Shown: piece by piece, positions 1-8,290 of the stretch
Position numbering within the stretch: the first letter of the stretch is position 1
Layout of the letters: each line of letters opens with the position of its first letter
Origin: Haloferax volcanii DS2
Lineage (GTDB): Archaea; Halobacteriota; Halobacteria; Halobacteriales; Haloferacaceae
Reading direction: 5' to 3'
Length of the DNA stretch: 32,000 nucleotides
Assembly (NCBI RefSeq): GCF_000025685.1
Contig: NC_013967.1
Coordinates: 660,001 to 692,000, forward strand
The notes under the pieces: generated by a model
Told to the model about the DNA's origin: nothing
The model's database searches: none
What the model saw: the letters and a program-made list of their open reading frames with translations, nothing else
Translations under genes and position numbers: made by a program

Positions 1-234
1 GGCGTCGACACCGTCCAGTCCACCGAGTCCGCGCGCTCGCCGGCCGGCGCGGCCGACCACCCCGACGCCGACCGCCCGGCGAACGCCACCGTCGGCGACC
101 GCTACTGCGGCAACTGCACGTACTTCGAGTACGTCCGCACCTCCGACGGGCTCAAGCCCTACTGCGCGGCCCACGACGAGATGATGCAGGACATGGAAGC
201 CTGCGACGAGTGGTTCCCGCGCCGCCGCGAGTAG
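1..234 (+). CDS. 3' end of a small Cys-containing protein of unknown function (5' end lies outside the window)
   Basis: Frame 1 is open from base 1 to the TAG at 232-234. The tail ...GDRYCGNCTYFEYVRTSDGLKPYCAAHDEMMQDMEACDEWFPRRRE has a CxxC plus two further Cys and an acidic composition. It is absent from the ORF track because no start codon lies in the window. Confidence 0.4.
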   Translation, partial: GVDTVQSTESARSPAGAADHPDADRPANATVGDRYCGNCTYFEYVRTSDGLKPYCAAHDEMMQDMEACDEWFPRRRE

Positions 235-287
235 TCTGTCGACGACTCTGACGGCCCGTCTGACCCGACCGCCCCGACCGTTTCCGC

Positions 288-854
288 TTACTCTTCCCCG
301 CCGTCTAACCTCGTTTCCACGTCGCGCCAGTGGCTCCCGCGCCAGAACACCTGCCCGCAGTCCCGACACCGCCACAGCGCCGTCTCCCCCGGGTCGGGCG
401 CGTAGTCGGGAACCGGCTCGTCGCGGCCGACCGCCTCCACGCGGCCGTTACAGACGCCACACCGCGACGGCTCCTCGTCCAGCGACACCGCGAAGCCGAC
501 CGATTCGAGTTCGCGGAGTTGCGCGAGTGGTTCCCGCTCGGCGAGGAGGACGTTCCGCGGGGCTCGCTCGGCCAGTCGCACGTCGCGGGTGAGGAGGACG
601 CGCCCCTCGGCGTCCGCCCGCGCGAGCAGGCTGTCGTCGCCGGGGTCGGTTCGGGGGTCGCGCGCTCCGTCCGCTCCGTCTTCTGTTTCGTCCCCGCCGT
701 CGAGCGCGTATTCGGCGTCGTAGCCGCACATCCGCAGATACGTGGCGAGTTTGCCGAGCATCACGTCCAGAAGGAGCGCCGTGTCGCCGGGCGCGGCTCG
801 CTCGACGCCCGAGGCGACCGTGCCGGGGTGGCCGGCTCCAACGTCGTCGGTCAC
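288..854 (-). CDS. Mut7-C RNase-domain (PIN-like, DUF82-type) protein with a C-terminal zinc ribbon
   Basis: 188-aa ORF. The core LLLDVMLGKLATYLRMCGYDA...LLTRDVRLA is typical of the Mut7-C family, and the C-terminal pair is CGVCNG...CRDCGQVFWRGSHW. The GTG start at 854 overlaps the polX stop (GTGA at 851-854). Confidence 0.7.
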   Translation of the reverse strand: MTDDVGAGHPGTVASGVERAAPGDTALLLDVMLGKLATYLRMCGYDAEYALDGGDETEDGADGARDPRTDPGDDSLLARADAEGRVLLTRDVRLAERAPRNVLLAEREPLAQLRELESVGFAVSLDEEPSRCGVCNGRVEAVGRDEPVPDYAPDPGETALWRCRDCGQVFWRGSHWRDVETRLDGGEE

Positions 855-2599
855 GCGAGGAAGTCGGACAGTTCCTCGACCGACCGCGCGTTCAGCACGT
901 CAGCGGTCTCGACCCAGCCGCGACGGGCCGTGTGGACCCCGTAGCGGGCGTGGTCGAGTTCACCCGGTCGGTGGGCGTCGGTGTCGATGGCGACGGTCGC
1001 GCCCGCCTCGACGGCGATTTTGAGCGCCTCGCCGTTCAGGTCGAGGCGATAGGGGCTGGCGTTGAGTTCGAGCGCGACGCCGTGTTCGACGGCGGCCTCC
1101 GCGAGTCGCTCGTAGTCGAGGGGCAGGCCGGGGCGTTGGTTGATGAGTCGGCCGGTCGGGTGGCCGAGGACGTTCACCGCGGGGTGTTCCATCGCGGTGA
1201 CGAGTCGCTCGGTGGCCGTCTCGCGGTCCTGGTCGAGCGCGCTGTGGGGCGAGGCGACGACCACGTCGAGTTGGTCGAGCACGTCGTCGGCGACGGAGAT
1301 GCCGCCCTCGGCGTCGATGTTGGCCTCGACGCCGGTGAACACCGTGATGTCGGCGTCGTCGGCGACGGCGCGGACCTCGGCAATCTGGTCGAGCAGGTCG
1401 TCGTCCGCGACGCCGACGCCGCCGACCATGCCGGGGCCGGTGGCGTGGTCGGTGACGGCGTGGTAGTCGTAGCCGCGTTCCGCCGCGGCCGCGACCATCT
1501 CTGCGATGCTGTTGTCGCCGTCGGACCTGTCGGTGTGGGTGTGGAGGTCGCCGCGGAGGTCGCCCTCCGCGAGGAGGTCCGGCAGGTCGCCGTCGGCGGC
1601 GCGCTCGATTTCGCCGGTGTCCTCGCGTAGCTCCGGCGGGACGAGCGGGAGGTCGAGCGCGGCGTACATCGACGCTTCGGTGTCGCCGGCGACGCGCGTT
1701 CCGGCCCGCGGGCCGTCGTCGGGGTCGTCCACGTCCGAGGTGTCGAACATCCCGTACTCGTTCATCTTGAGGCCGCGGTCGATGGCGATGTTGCGGAGGT
1801 GGACGTTGTGGTCCTTGCTCCCGGTGAAATACTGGAGCGCCGCGCCGTACTCCGAGGGCTCGACGACGCGGAGGTCGACCCGCATCCCGTTCACCCGGAC
1901 GCTCGCCTTCTGCTCGCCCGCCTCGATGGTGTCGCCGACGAGGTCCCACGCGAGGAAGCGGTCGATGACGGCTTCGGCGTCGGCGCTCTCGGCGAGCACG
2001 TCGATGTCGCCCACCGTCTCGCGCCACCGCCGCATCGACCCCGCGGGTTCGACCCGCCCGACGGCGTCGTAGTCACCGAGGTACGTGAGCAGGTCGTCGG
2101 CGACGGGCCGCGCCCTCCCGAGCAGTTCGCGGCCGGTCGCCTCGCGGGCGAACTCGATGCCGTCGAGGATGTTCGTCTCCGTCTTCGCGCCGAACCCCTT
2201 GACCTCCTGTATCTCCCCGTCGCGGGCGGCCGCTTCGAGGTCGTCGAGGTCGGACACGCCGAGCGCCTCGTACAGTTTTCCGACCGTCTTCGGGCCGACG
2301 CCCTCGACGCTCGTCAGGCCGGCCATATCGACCGGGAGGTCCTCGCGGAGGTCCTCCAGCTCCTCGATGCGACCCGTCTCGACGTACTCGACGATTTTCG
2401 CGGCGATGGCGTCGCCGACGCGGTCGATTTCTTGGACCGCGTCTTCGCCCGCCTCCGCGAGTTCCTCGACGGGCGTCGGGTGCTCGCGGACGTTCTCGGC
2501 GGCGCGGCGGTAGCTCGACGGCTTGTAGGCCACGTCTTTCGCCTCCAGCAGGTCGGCGAACTCCTCCAGCAGGGTCGCTATCTCGTCGTTTCGGCTCAT
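851..2599 (-). CDS. polX: Family X DNA polymerase with a C-terminal PHP phosphoesterase domain
   Basis: 582 aa. The N-terminus is Pol-beta-like with helix-hairpin-helix motifs (VEGVGPKTVGKLYEALG, KGFGAKTE) and a nucleotidyltransferase core (GSMRRWRETVGDIDVL). The C-terminal PHP signature is DLHTHTDRSDG...DHA...SPH...DTDAH. The ATG overlaps the upstream gene's stop (ATGA at 2596-2599). Confidence 0.9.
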   Translation of the reverse strand: MSRNDEIATLLEEFADLLEAKDVAYKPSSYRRAAENVREHPTPVEELAEAGEDAVQEIDRVGDAIAAKIVEYVETGRIEELEDLREDLPVDMAGLTSVEGVGPKTVGKLYEALGVSDLDDLEAAARDGEIQEVKGFGAKTETNILDGIEFAREATGRELLGRARPVADDLLTYLGDYDAVGRVEPAGSMRRWRETVGDIDVLAESADAEAVIDRFLAWDLVGDTIEAGEQKASVRVNGMRVDLRVVEPSEYGAALQYFTGSKDHNVHLRNIAIDRGLKMNEYGMFDTSDVDDPDDGPRAGTRVAGDTEASMYAALDLPLVPPELREDTGEIERAADGDLPDLLAEGDLRGDLHTHTDRSDGDNSIAEMVAAAAERGYDYHAVTDHATGPGMVGGVGVADDDLLDQIAEVRAVADDADITVFTGVEANIDAEGGISVADDVLDQLDVVVASPHSALDQDRETATERLVTAMEHPAVNVLGHPTGRLINQRPGLPLDYERLAEAAVEHGVALELNASPYRLDLNGEALKIAVEAGATVAIDTDAHRPGELDHARYGVHTARRGWVETADVLNARSVEELSDFLA

Positions 2600-3036
2600 C
2601 GGCCGCCCCGTTTGCCCTTTCCGCCGTCGCGGCCCAGCGCCTTCTTCAGGAAGTTCATCCAGCGCTTCTGGTCCGCGGCGTTCTGGCGGTGTTCCTCCTG
2701 TTCGAGGTCGACCGGCCGAAGCTGTTCGAGGGCGTTCAGCGCCCGGTCGATGCCGACGATGTCCTCGGCCAGTCGTCGCCCCTCGTCGTAGCTCACCTCG
2801 TTGTCCTCGATTCGCTGGAGCCGTTCGAGGCGCTCGCGGCGGAGGTTCCGCTTCGCCCGGTCGACGCGCTCTTTCTCCCCCGACGGGATGGTGTCGCGAC
2901 GCTTGATTTCGAAGACGAACTGCCTGAGGTCTATCTCCTCGCCTTGGACCTCGATGCGGTCGGGAATCTGCGTGCCGACGGTCGCACCCTCCCGATTGAC
3001 GCGCTCCAAGAGCTGTTTACGCTCGAACTCCTTCAC
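2596..3036 (-). CDS. Conserved hypothetical charged protein, first gene of the polX operon
   Basis: 146 aa, highly charged and helical-looking (RRERLERLQRIEDNE...), with a basic Gly/Lys/Arg tail (GRDGGKGKRGGR). It is translationally coupled to polX. I recognise no family with certainty. Confidence 0.55.
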   Translation of the reverse strand: MKEFERKQLLERVNREGATVGTQIPDRIEVQGEEIDLRQFVFEIKRRDTIPSGEKERVDRAKRNLRRERLERLQRIEDNEVSYDEGRRLAEDIVGIDRALNALEQLRPVDLEQEEHRQNAADQKRWMNFLKKALGRDGGKGKRGGR

Positions 3037-3289
3037 GTCCTGTCGTTGTCCCGCGCGGCACTTCGCTCCTTCGCCCGGTTCGGTGTGTGCCTCGACTGGG
3101 CCACGCGTCCGGCGTCGTCGTTCCTGCGGGCCTACTTCGACGTTGACAGGTCATCGACGGGCCAGCGCCCCGCGATCGCCCGGTGAGATTCGCCGCTTTC
3201 TCCGACAGCGGCTCCGTATCCGTCGTCTCTCGTCGCAAACTCCGGCGGAGAGACGAACCTTCTTATGGTTCTCTTGGATACCGTGAGGT

Positions 3290-4639
3290 ATGGGTTTGTT
3301 CGACCGACTCCGCGGCAAAGACCACCCCCGCGTCGCCTTCATCGGCATCGACGGGGTTCCGTTCACTCTCCTCTCTGAGCACCCCGACGAGTTCCCCAAC
3401 TTCGCGGCGCTGGCCGACGCGGGCTCGGCGGGCGACATCGACAGCATCGTCCCGCCCGAGTCCTCGGCGTGTTGGCCGGCGCTCACGACCGGCGTCAACC
3501 CCGGCGAGACCGGTGTCTACGGCTTCCAGGACCGTGAGGTCGGCTCCTACGACACCTACGTCCCGATGGGTCGGGACGTGCAGGCCACCCGCGTCTGGGA
3601 CCGCGTCACCGACGCCGGCCGCAAGGCCACTGTGATGAACGTCCCCGTGACGTTCCCGCCCCAGCGCAACGTCCAGCGCATGGTCTCGGGCTTCCTCTCG
3701 CCCGGCGTCGACAAGGCCGCCTACCCCGACGACTTCCGCGACGCGCTCTCCGAGATGAACTACAAGATCGACGTGAACGCGAAGCTCGGTCACGACGAGG
3801 ACAAGACCGCGTTCATGGAGGACGCCCGGAAGACGCTCGACCGGCGCTACGAGGCGTTCGAGCGCTACATCGACCAGGACGACTGGGACCTCTTTTTCGG
3901 CGTCTTCATGACGACCGACCGCGTCAACCACTTCCTGTTCAAGGACTACGAGCGCGACGGGAAGAACAAGGACGCCTTCATGGAGTTCTACCGCACCGTC
4001 GACGACTACCTCGGCCGCATCCGCGACGCCCTCCCCGAGGACGTGACGCTCATCGTCGCGTCCGACCACGGCTTTACCTCCCTCGACTACGAGGTCCACT
4101 GCAACACGTGGCTCGAGGAGAACGGCTGGCTCTCCTACGAGGACGACGACCACGACGCGCTGTCGGACATCGACGAGGACTCGAAGGCGTACTCGCTCAT
4201 CCCCGGTCGGTTCTTCATCAACCTCGAAGGGCGCGAGCCCCGCGGATCGGTCCCGCAGTCGGAGTACGAGGACGTCCGCGACGAGCTCAAGGCCGAACTC
4301 GAAGCCCTCGAAGGCCCCGACGGCAACAAGGTCGCAGACCGCGTCGTCGTCAAGGAAGACGCCTTCCGCGGCGACCACGACGACATCGCCCCCGACCTCG
4401 TCGTCATCCCGAACCACGGCTTCGACCTGAAGTCCGGCTTCAAGGGCCACGACGACGTGTTCGGCGTCGGCCCCCGTAACGGGATGCACTCGTTCGACAA
4501 CGCGACGCTGTACGTCGACGACCCCGGCGCGGTCATCGAGGACGCCGACCTCTACGACATCGCGCCGACCATCCTCGACCTCATGGACGTCGAGTACAGC
4601 CGCACCGAACTCGACGGCGCGAGCCTCATCCAGCAGTAA
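3290..4639 (+). CDS. Alkaline-phosphatase-superfamily protein (type I phosphodiesterase / nucleotide pyrophosphatase-like)
   Basis: 449 aa. The N-terminal metal-site region is VAFIGIDGVPF...PPESSACWPALTTG, followed by ASDHGF and PRNGMHS motifs typical of PF01663-like enzymes. A TATA-like CTTCTTAT lies about 25-30 nt upstream of the ATG. Confidence 0.7.
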   Translation: MGLFDRLRGKDHPRVAFIGIDGVPFTLLSEHPDEFPNFAALADAGSAGDIDSIVPPESSACWPALTTGVNPGETGVYGFQDREVGSYDTYVPMGRDVQATRVWDRVTDAGRKATVMNVPVTFPPQRNVQRMVSGFLSPGVDKAAYPDDFRDALSEMNYKIDVNAKLGHDEDKTAFMEDARKTLDRRYEAFERYIDQDDWDLFFGVFMTTDRVNHFLFKDYERDGKNKDAFMEFYRTVDDYLGRIRDALPEDVTLIVASDHGFTSLDYEVHCNTWLEENGWLSYEDDDHDALSDIDEDSKAYSLIPGRFFINLEGREPRGSVPQSEYEDVRDELKAELEALEGPDGNKVADRVVVKEDAFRGDHDDIAPDLVVIPNHGFDLKSGFKGHDDVFGVGPRNGMHSFDNATLYVDDPGAVIEDADLYDIAPTILDLMDVEYSRTELDGASLIQQ

Positions 4640-4654
4640 GCGGTCGGCGGTTTC

Positions 4655-5764
4655 TCACTCTCGTTGCCGGACCGCGTTCCGAACGTCCCGTTCGAGCCGG
4701 TCGGCGTGGGTCAGTCGCAGCTCCCGCGCCTCCGCGGCCGTGACCGTCTCGCGGCCGTCGATTTCGTGCGACACCGGGCTGTACGCACCCACGTCGAACC
4801 CCATCCGGTCGAGATACGACCGCACCGTCTCGGAGTCGAGGCCGTCCTCGATGGCGGCGTTGACGTACCGGAGCACCGCGTCGAACTCGGGGAGCACGAC
4901 CCGGTCGTCCGTCACGCGCCCGCTGTCGCCGTCGATTCTGAGCGTCGCGTCGTCGAGGCGTTTCACCACGTCCGCGACGCTGTTCGCCAGCCTGAGCGCG
5001 TCGCTCGGGAGCGAACAGTCCGGCGAGCGCCACTCGACCGTGCCGAACTCGGCCCTGAGTTGCACCGGCGTCCAAATCGCGCTCTCGGGGTCGAAGTTCG
5101 CCTCGATGGTCGCCCGGTCGACGCCCTCCTCCTCGGCGCGCACGAGGAACTCCTCGAACCGGCGTTCGAGGCGGCGCGACCACTCCCGCGTGTCGTCGGC
5201 GTAGCGCCACAGCCGACCCTGATGTGGCACGTCGTCGTAGGTCATCCGGCGGTACAGCTTCGACCGCGCGCCCGCCGCCAACCGCTTCCCGTCGTAGTAC
5301 GGCGAGGAGTTCACGAGCGCCAGCGCGGGGTCCAGCGCCACGAGCGCGTTGTACTGGTCGATTTCGCGGCCGGGGCGCTGTTCGACGTGGACGTGCGTCC
5401 CCACGCAGTGCCGCGCGTACTGGAAGTCCGACCCGACGACGCGGTTCTGGATGCGCGTCCGGTCGCTCTCCAGTTCCGTCACCGTCTCGTCGCTGACCGG
5501 CGTGGCGAGCGGGACGAGTCGCTTGCCGACTTCCTCGGCCCGCGAGAGCACGTCGCCGAGCCGTTCGTACAGCTCTTGGCGCAGCTCGGCGGCCGAACCG
5601 CACGGCGTCGTCTTCACCTCCAACACCGGCTCGACGAACTCCCGTTCGGCCCCGGGTGAGGCGTCGACGAGCCCACCCGGGTCGGTGAACGACCCGTCTT
5701 CCTCGACGACCCAGTACTCGACTTCGATACTTCGCCGGAGCGGGTCCGAGGCCGACTCAGACAT
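4655..5764 (-). CDS. Carboxylate-amine ligase of the glutamate-cysteine ligase family 2 (YbdK/GCS2-like)
   Basis: 369 aa. IEVEYWVV, GTHVHVE and TVEWRSPD match the conserved blocks of GCS2 enzymes, the family that includes haloarchaeal gamma-glutamylcysteine synthetase. Whether this is the gshA orthologue or a paralogue cannot be decided here. Confidence 0.7.
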   Translation of the reverse strand: MSESASDPLRRSIEVEYWVVEEDGSFTDPGGLVDASPGAEREFVEPVLEVKTTPCGSAAELRQELYERLGDVLSRAEEVGKRLVPLATPVSDETVTELESDRTRIQNRVVGSDFQYARHCVGTHVHVEQRPGREIDQYNALVALDPALALVNSSPYYDGKRLAAGARSKLYRRMTYDDVPHQGRLWRYADDTREWSRRLERRFEEFLVRAEEEGVDRATIEANFDPESAIWTPVQLRAEFGTVEWRSPDCSLPSDALRLANSVADVVKRLDDATLRIDGDSGRVTDDRVVLPEFDAVLRYVNAAIEDGLDSETVRSYLDRMGFDVGAYSPVSHEIDGRETVTAAEARELRLTHADRLERDVRNAVRQRE

Positions 5765-5915
5765 GGCGACTCCGGCGTTGTGCCGAGTCAGTTCTCACGT
5801 GCATCGTTTCGCGCCCTCGAGAGAGGATATTGTTAACACATACCACGGATGGGGAGGGAGACGGAAAAAGTATTCGCAGACTGGGCAGTCGTCGCGGAAT
5901 CGATGGACAATCGTC

Positions 5916-5957
5916 TTTAAAACGACTCGTTTGTTGGTCGTTCGTGTCGCAAACGAC
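5916..5957 (-). terminator. Candidate cetZ terminator: hairpin(s) followed by a U-tract
   Basis: The minus-strand RNA after the cetZ stop reads GUCGUU-N9-AACGAC-N10-GUCGUUUU. There are three copies of the AACGAC/GTCGTT arm at 5921-5926, 5937-5942 and 5952-5957, with a U4 at 5919-5922. A further U5 lies at 5865-5869. Archaeal termination uses oligo-U tracts. Confidence 0.4.
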
Positions 5958-5969
5958 AGGAGTCGGTTG

Positions 5970-7052
5970 TCACAGCAGGTCGTCGAGGTCGTCGCTGTGC
6001 CACATCCCTTTGGGGTCTTCTCGGGGTTCGGTCTCCGCCTTGTCGATGGCCTCGCGGGCGCGCTCCATGAACGACTCGACCCGCTCGGAGCGCTCGACGC
6101 CGCCGAGGAGGACGAGCGACGCGAGTCGGCCGCTCTCCAGCGGGAAGTCGCCGCCGCGGACCTGCATACTGCCGGTCTCGTCTTCGACCCAGCGACGCGC
6201 TCGCTCGACGCCCTTCCGCGGGATGGTGTCGGGCTCGCCGGCGATGACGACCAGCGCGGCGTCCGCGTCGCTCGCGTCGGGCAGGCTCGTCCCCGTCAGG
6301 ACGGCCCGGCGGGTCGTGCTCATGACCGCGTTGATGTTGTCCTCGGCGTTCGGAGAGGCCTCGGCGCTCGCGTAGCCGAGCGCGGCGATACCGCCCGAAC
6401 GGAGGGTGTTGATGACCTCGGAGGTGTCGACGACGCTCTCGCCGACGCCCTCGGTGGCTTCGCCGGCCGCGAGAAGCAAGCCGACGCGGCGAGCGATGGC
6501 CTCGTTGATGGCGTCGTAGCCCTCGCTCATCGATTCGCCGGCCGAGCGGAACGCGTCGTTGTCGACGAGGAGGACGGCGTCGGCCTCGCGGGCGACGGTC
6601 TTGAGCGACCGGCCGGCGTTCACCTGATACAGCGCCCCTTCGTCCGCCCCGGGCAGGATGCCGAGGACGTACACCGGCACGTCGTAGACGCCGGCGAGCG
6701 CCTTCGCGAGGACGGGCGCGCCGCCGGACCCGGAGCCGCCGCCGAGGCCGGCGACGACGAAAATCGACTCCGCCTCGGCCGTCACGCGGCCGTCGAGGGC
6801 GGACATGACCTCGGTCTGGTCCGACTCCATGACCGCGGCTCCGAGTTCGTTGTCGCCGCCGACACCGTGGCCGTTGACGCGGTCTTGGCCGATGAGCACG
6901 GTTTCGACGGGAAGTGACTGGAGGTCCGCTTTCGCGGTGTTCACCGCGACCGCGTCGAGCACCGCGCCGAAGCCCGTCTGCCGGTCGAACGACTGGAGCG
7001 CCGACGCGAGCTTCCCACCCGCTTGCCCCACACCAATCAGGACGGTTTTCAT
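5970..7052 (-). CDS. cetZ: CetZ-family tubulin/FtsZ-superfamily protein
   Basis: The ORF track starts at a GTG at 7091. The internal ATG at 7052 gives the canonical N-terminus MKTVLIGVGQAGGKLA (360 aa). The tubulin signature is GLGGGSGSGGAPV, and LGILPG..EG and VDNDA blocks match CetZ proteins. Which CetZ paralogue this is was not determined. Confidence 0.85.
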   Translation of the reverse strand: MKTVLIGVGQAGGKLASALQSFDRQTGFGAVLDAVAVNTAKADLQSLPVETVLIGQDRVNGHGVGGDNELGAAVMESDQTEVMSALDGRVTAEAESIFVVAGLGGGSGSGGAPVLAKALAGVYDVPVYVLGILPGADEGALYQVNAGRSLKTVAREADAVLLVDNDAFRSAGESMSEGYDAINEAIARRVGLLLAAGEATEGVGESVVDTSEVINTLRSGGIAALGYASAEASPNAEDNINAVMSTTRRAVLTGTSLPDASDADAALVVIAGEPDTIPRKGVERARRWVEDETGSMQVRGGDFPLESGRLASLVLLGGVERSERVESFMERAREAIDKAETEPREDPKGMWHSDDLDDLL

Positions 7053-7142
7053 ACATGATTCACTCCGGCGACGCCCTTGAACATTCCTCACATGGGGACT
7101 GTTATCTCATCTGGCTGTTCGACTCGGGTGCTGGCCCGGAGC

Positions 7143-7173
7143 TTTATGACGGATGGCGGGACCACGCCGGTCT
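7143..7173 (+). promoter_or_regulatory. Promoter cassette P1 (TATA TTTATGAC + 23 nt + ATG), leaderless unit 1 of the pilus-like locus
   Basis: TTTATGAC at 7143-7150, CGGGACCAC at 7157-7165, ATG at 7174. The spacing is identical to P2 and P3, and the last 10 nt (CCGGTCTATG) are identical to P3. Confidence 0.6.
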
Positions 7174-7800
7174 ATGACGACCGACCCAACTCGCTCCGAC
7201 GCCGCTGTCGACACCGAACTCGGTTCGCCCGCTTCCAGCGCCTCGCCCACGGCGGACCGTACGGCCGACCGCACCGCCGACCTCGCCGCGCGACTCGACG
7301 CGGTCGAGCGCACCATCACCGACGGCGACGCCGACTTCTCGTCGCTCGAAGACCTCGCGGCCATCGAACGCCGGGTCACCGAACTCGAATCGGCGGTCGA
7401 GTCGCTCACCGACCGCCTCGACGAGATGGACGCCGCGACGCAGGCGATGCGCGGCTACCTCGGCGGCGTCCGCGCGGTCAACGAAGACGTCGAACGCCGG
7501 GCGAACGCCGCGCTCGCCAAGGCCGAGTCGCTCGAATCGGAACTCGTCGACGAGACGGCGTCGCCCGCGCCCTCGCGGTCGACCGACGCGCCCGCCTCGG
7601 AAGCGGCGTCCCACGCCGGACGGACTACCGACGGTGGTGACGGTAGTGGCTCCCAGCGCGCCGCGGAGACCGGTCTCGGCACCGGCACCGCCGCCCCCTC
7701 ACCCGAGTCTCGCACCGCCCCCGATTCCGGCGCACCCACCGATTCCCGCGGCGACTCCGCCGACCGTGGACTGGCCGCCCGCCTCCGCGACGCGCTGTGA
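7174..7800 (+). CDS. Coiled-coil protein with a low-complexity acidic/Gly-Ser-Thr C-terminal half, unknown function
   Basis: The track ORF starts at ATG 7153. I prefer ATG 7174 (MTTDPTRS..., 208 aa) because it sits exactly TATA+23 nt, as in the two sister promoters. The heptad-like region is LAARLDAVERTITDG...IERRVTELESAVESLTDRLDEMDAATQAMRGYL...LAKAESLESEL. The stop overlaps the next start (GTGA). Confidence 0.65.
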   Translation: MTTDPTRSDAAVDTELGSPASSASPTADRTADRTADLAARLDAVERTITDGDADFSSLEDLAAIERRVTELESAVESLTDRLDEMDAATQAMRGYLGGVRAVNEDVERRANAALAKAESLESELVDETASPAPSRSTDAPASEAASHAGRTTDGGDGSGSQRAAETGLGTGTAAPSPESRTAPDSGAPTDSRGDSADRGLAARLRDAL

Positions 7801-8258
7801 TTCGCGTCGTTCTGACGTGTCTGCTCGCGGTCGCCATCGCGGGCGTCGTTTTCCCGGCGGCCGACGCGGCGAGAGCGGACGCGACCACGGTCAAAATCGG
7901 CTCGCTGGCCGACGATATCGCGCACGCCGCCACGACGCTTTCGGCCGCGGAAGACCCGACGCCGGCCGGCGTCGCGGGCGCGCAGCGGCACGTCGTCCTC
8001 GACGTTCCGTCCGGGTCGTGGCGGGCCGCCGGTGTCTCCAACCTCACGGTTCGCGGCGGCGACGGCGTCGAACTGTCGGCGAGTGTCACCGCCGGCTCGA
8101 CTGTCGTCCGTCGCGTCGGCGGTCCTCGGACTCGCGTCGCCGGTGACCGACTCGCCCTCGGACCGGGCGAGCATCGACTCAGGCTGACGCTCGAAGCCGC
8201 TGCGGGCGGTTCTGTCGTCGTCATCGCCCCCGCGACGGCCAACCAGTCGGCGGCGTAG
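7797..8258 (+). CDS. Small exported or membrane-anchored protein, unknown function
   Basis: 153 aa. The GTG start overlaps the upstream stop. The hydrophobic N-terminus IRVVLTCLLAVAIAGVVFPAADAARA looks like a Sec-type signal or anchor with an AxA site. Two N-x-S/T sequons are present (NLT, NQS). Confidence 0.6.
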   Translation: MIRVVLTCLLAVAIAGVVFPAADAARADATTVKIGSLADDIAHAATTLSAAEDPTPAGVAGAQRHVVLDVPSGSWRAAGVSNLTVRGGDGVELSASVTAGSTVVRRVGGPRTRVAGDRLALGPGEHRLRLTLEAAAGGSVVVIAPATANQSAA

Positions 8259-8259
8259 G

Positions 8260-8290
8260 TTCAAATACCCGGACGGGACCACGACCCCGT
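8260..8290 (+). promoter_or_regulatory. Promoter cassette P2 (TATA TTCAAATA + 23 nt + ATG), leaderless unit 2
   Basis: TTCAAATA at 8260-8267, starting 2 nt after the upstream stop. CCCGGACGGGACCAC at 8268-8282 is identical to P3. ATG at 8291. Confidence 0.6.

Noticed and set aside
7153-7173. Upstream ATG (7153) as the start of the coiled-coil protein
   Set aside because: It lies only 3 nt after the TATA element, so it is probably not transcribed. ATG 7174 reproduces the exact TATA+23 nt spacing of P2 and P3. This is not fully excluded without TSS data.
7249-7284. Three imperfect 12-nt tandem repeats encoding TADR-TADR-TADL in the coiled-coil protein
   Set aside because: This is a short in-frame low-complexity duplication in a disordered N-terminal segment, with no evidence of function beyond possible slippage.
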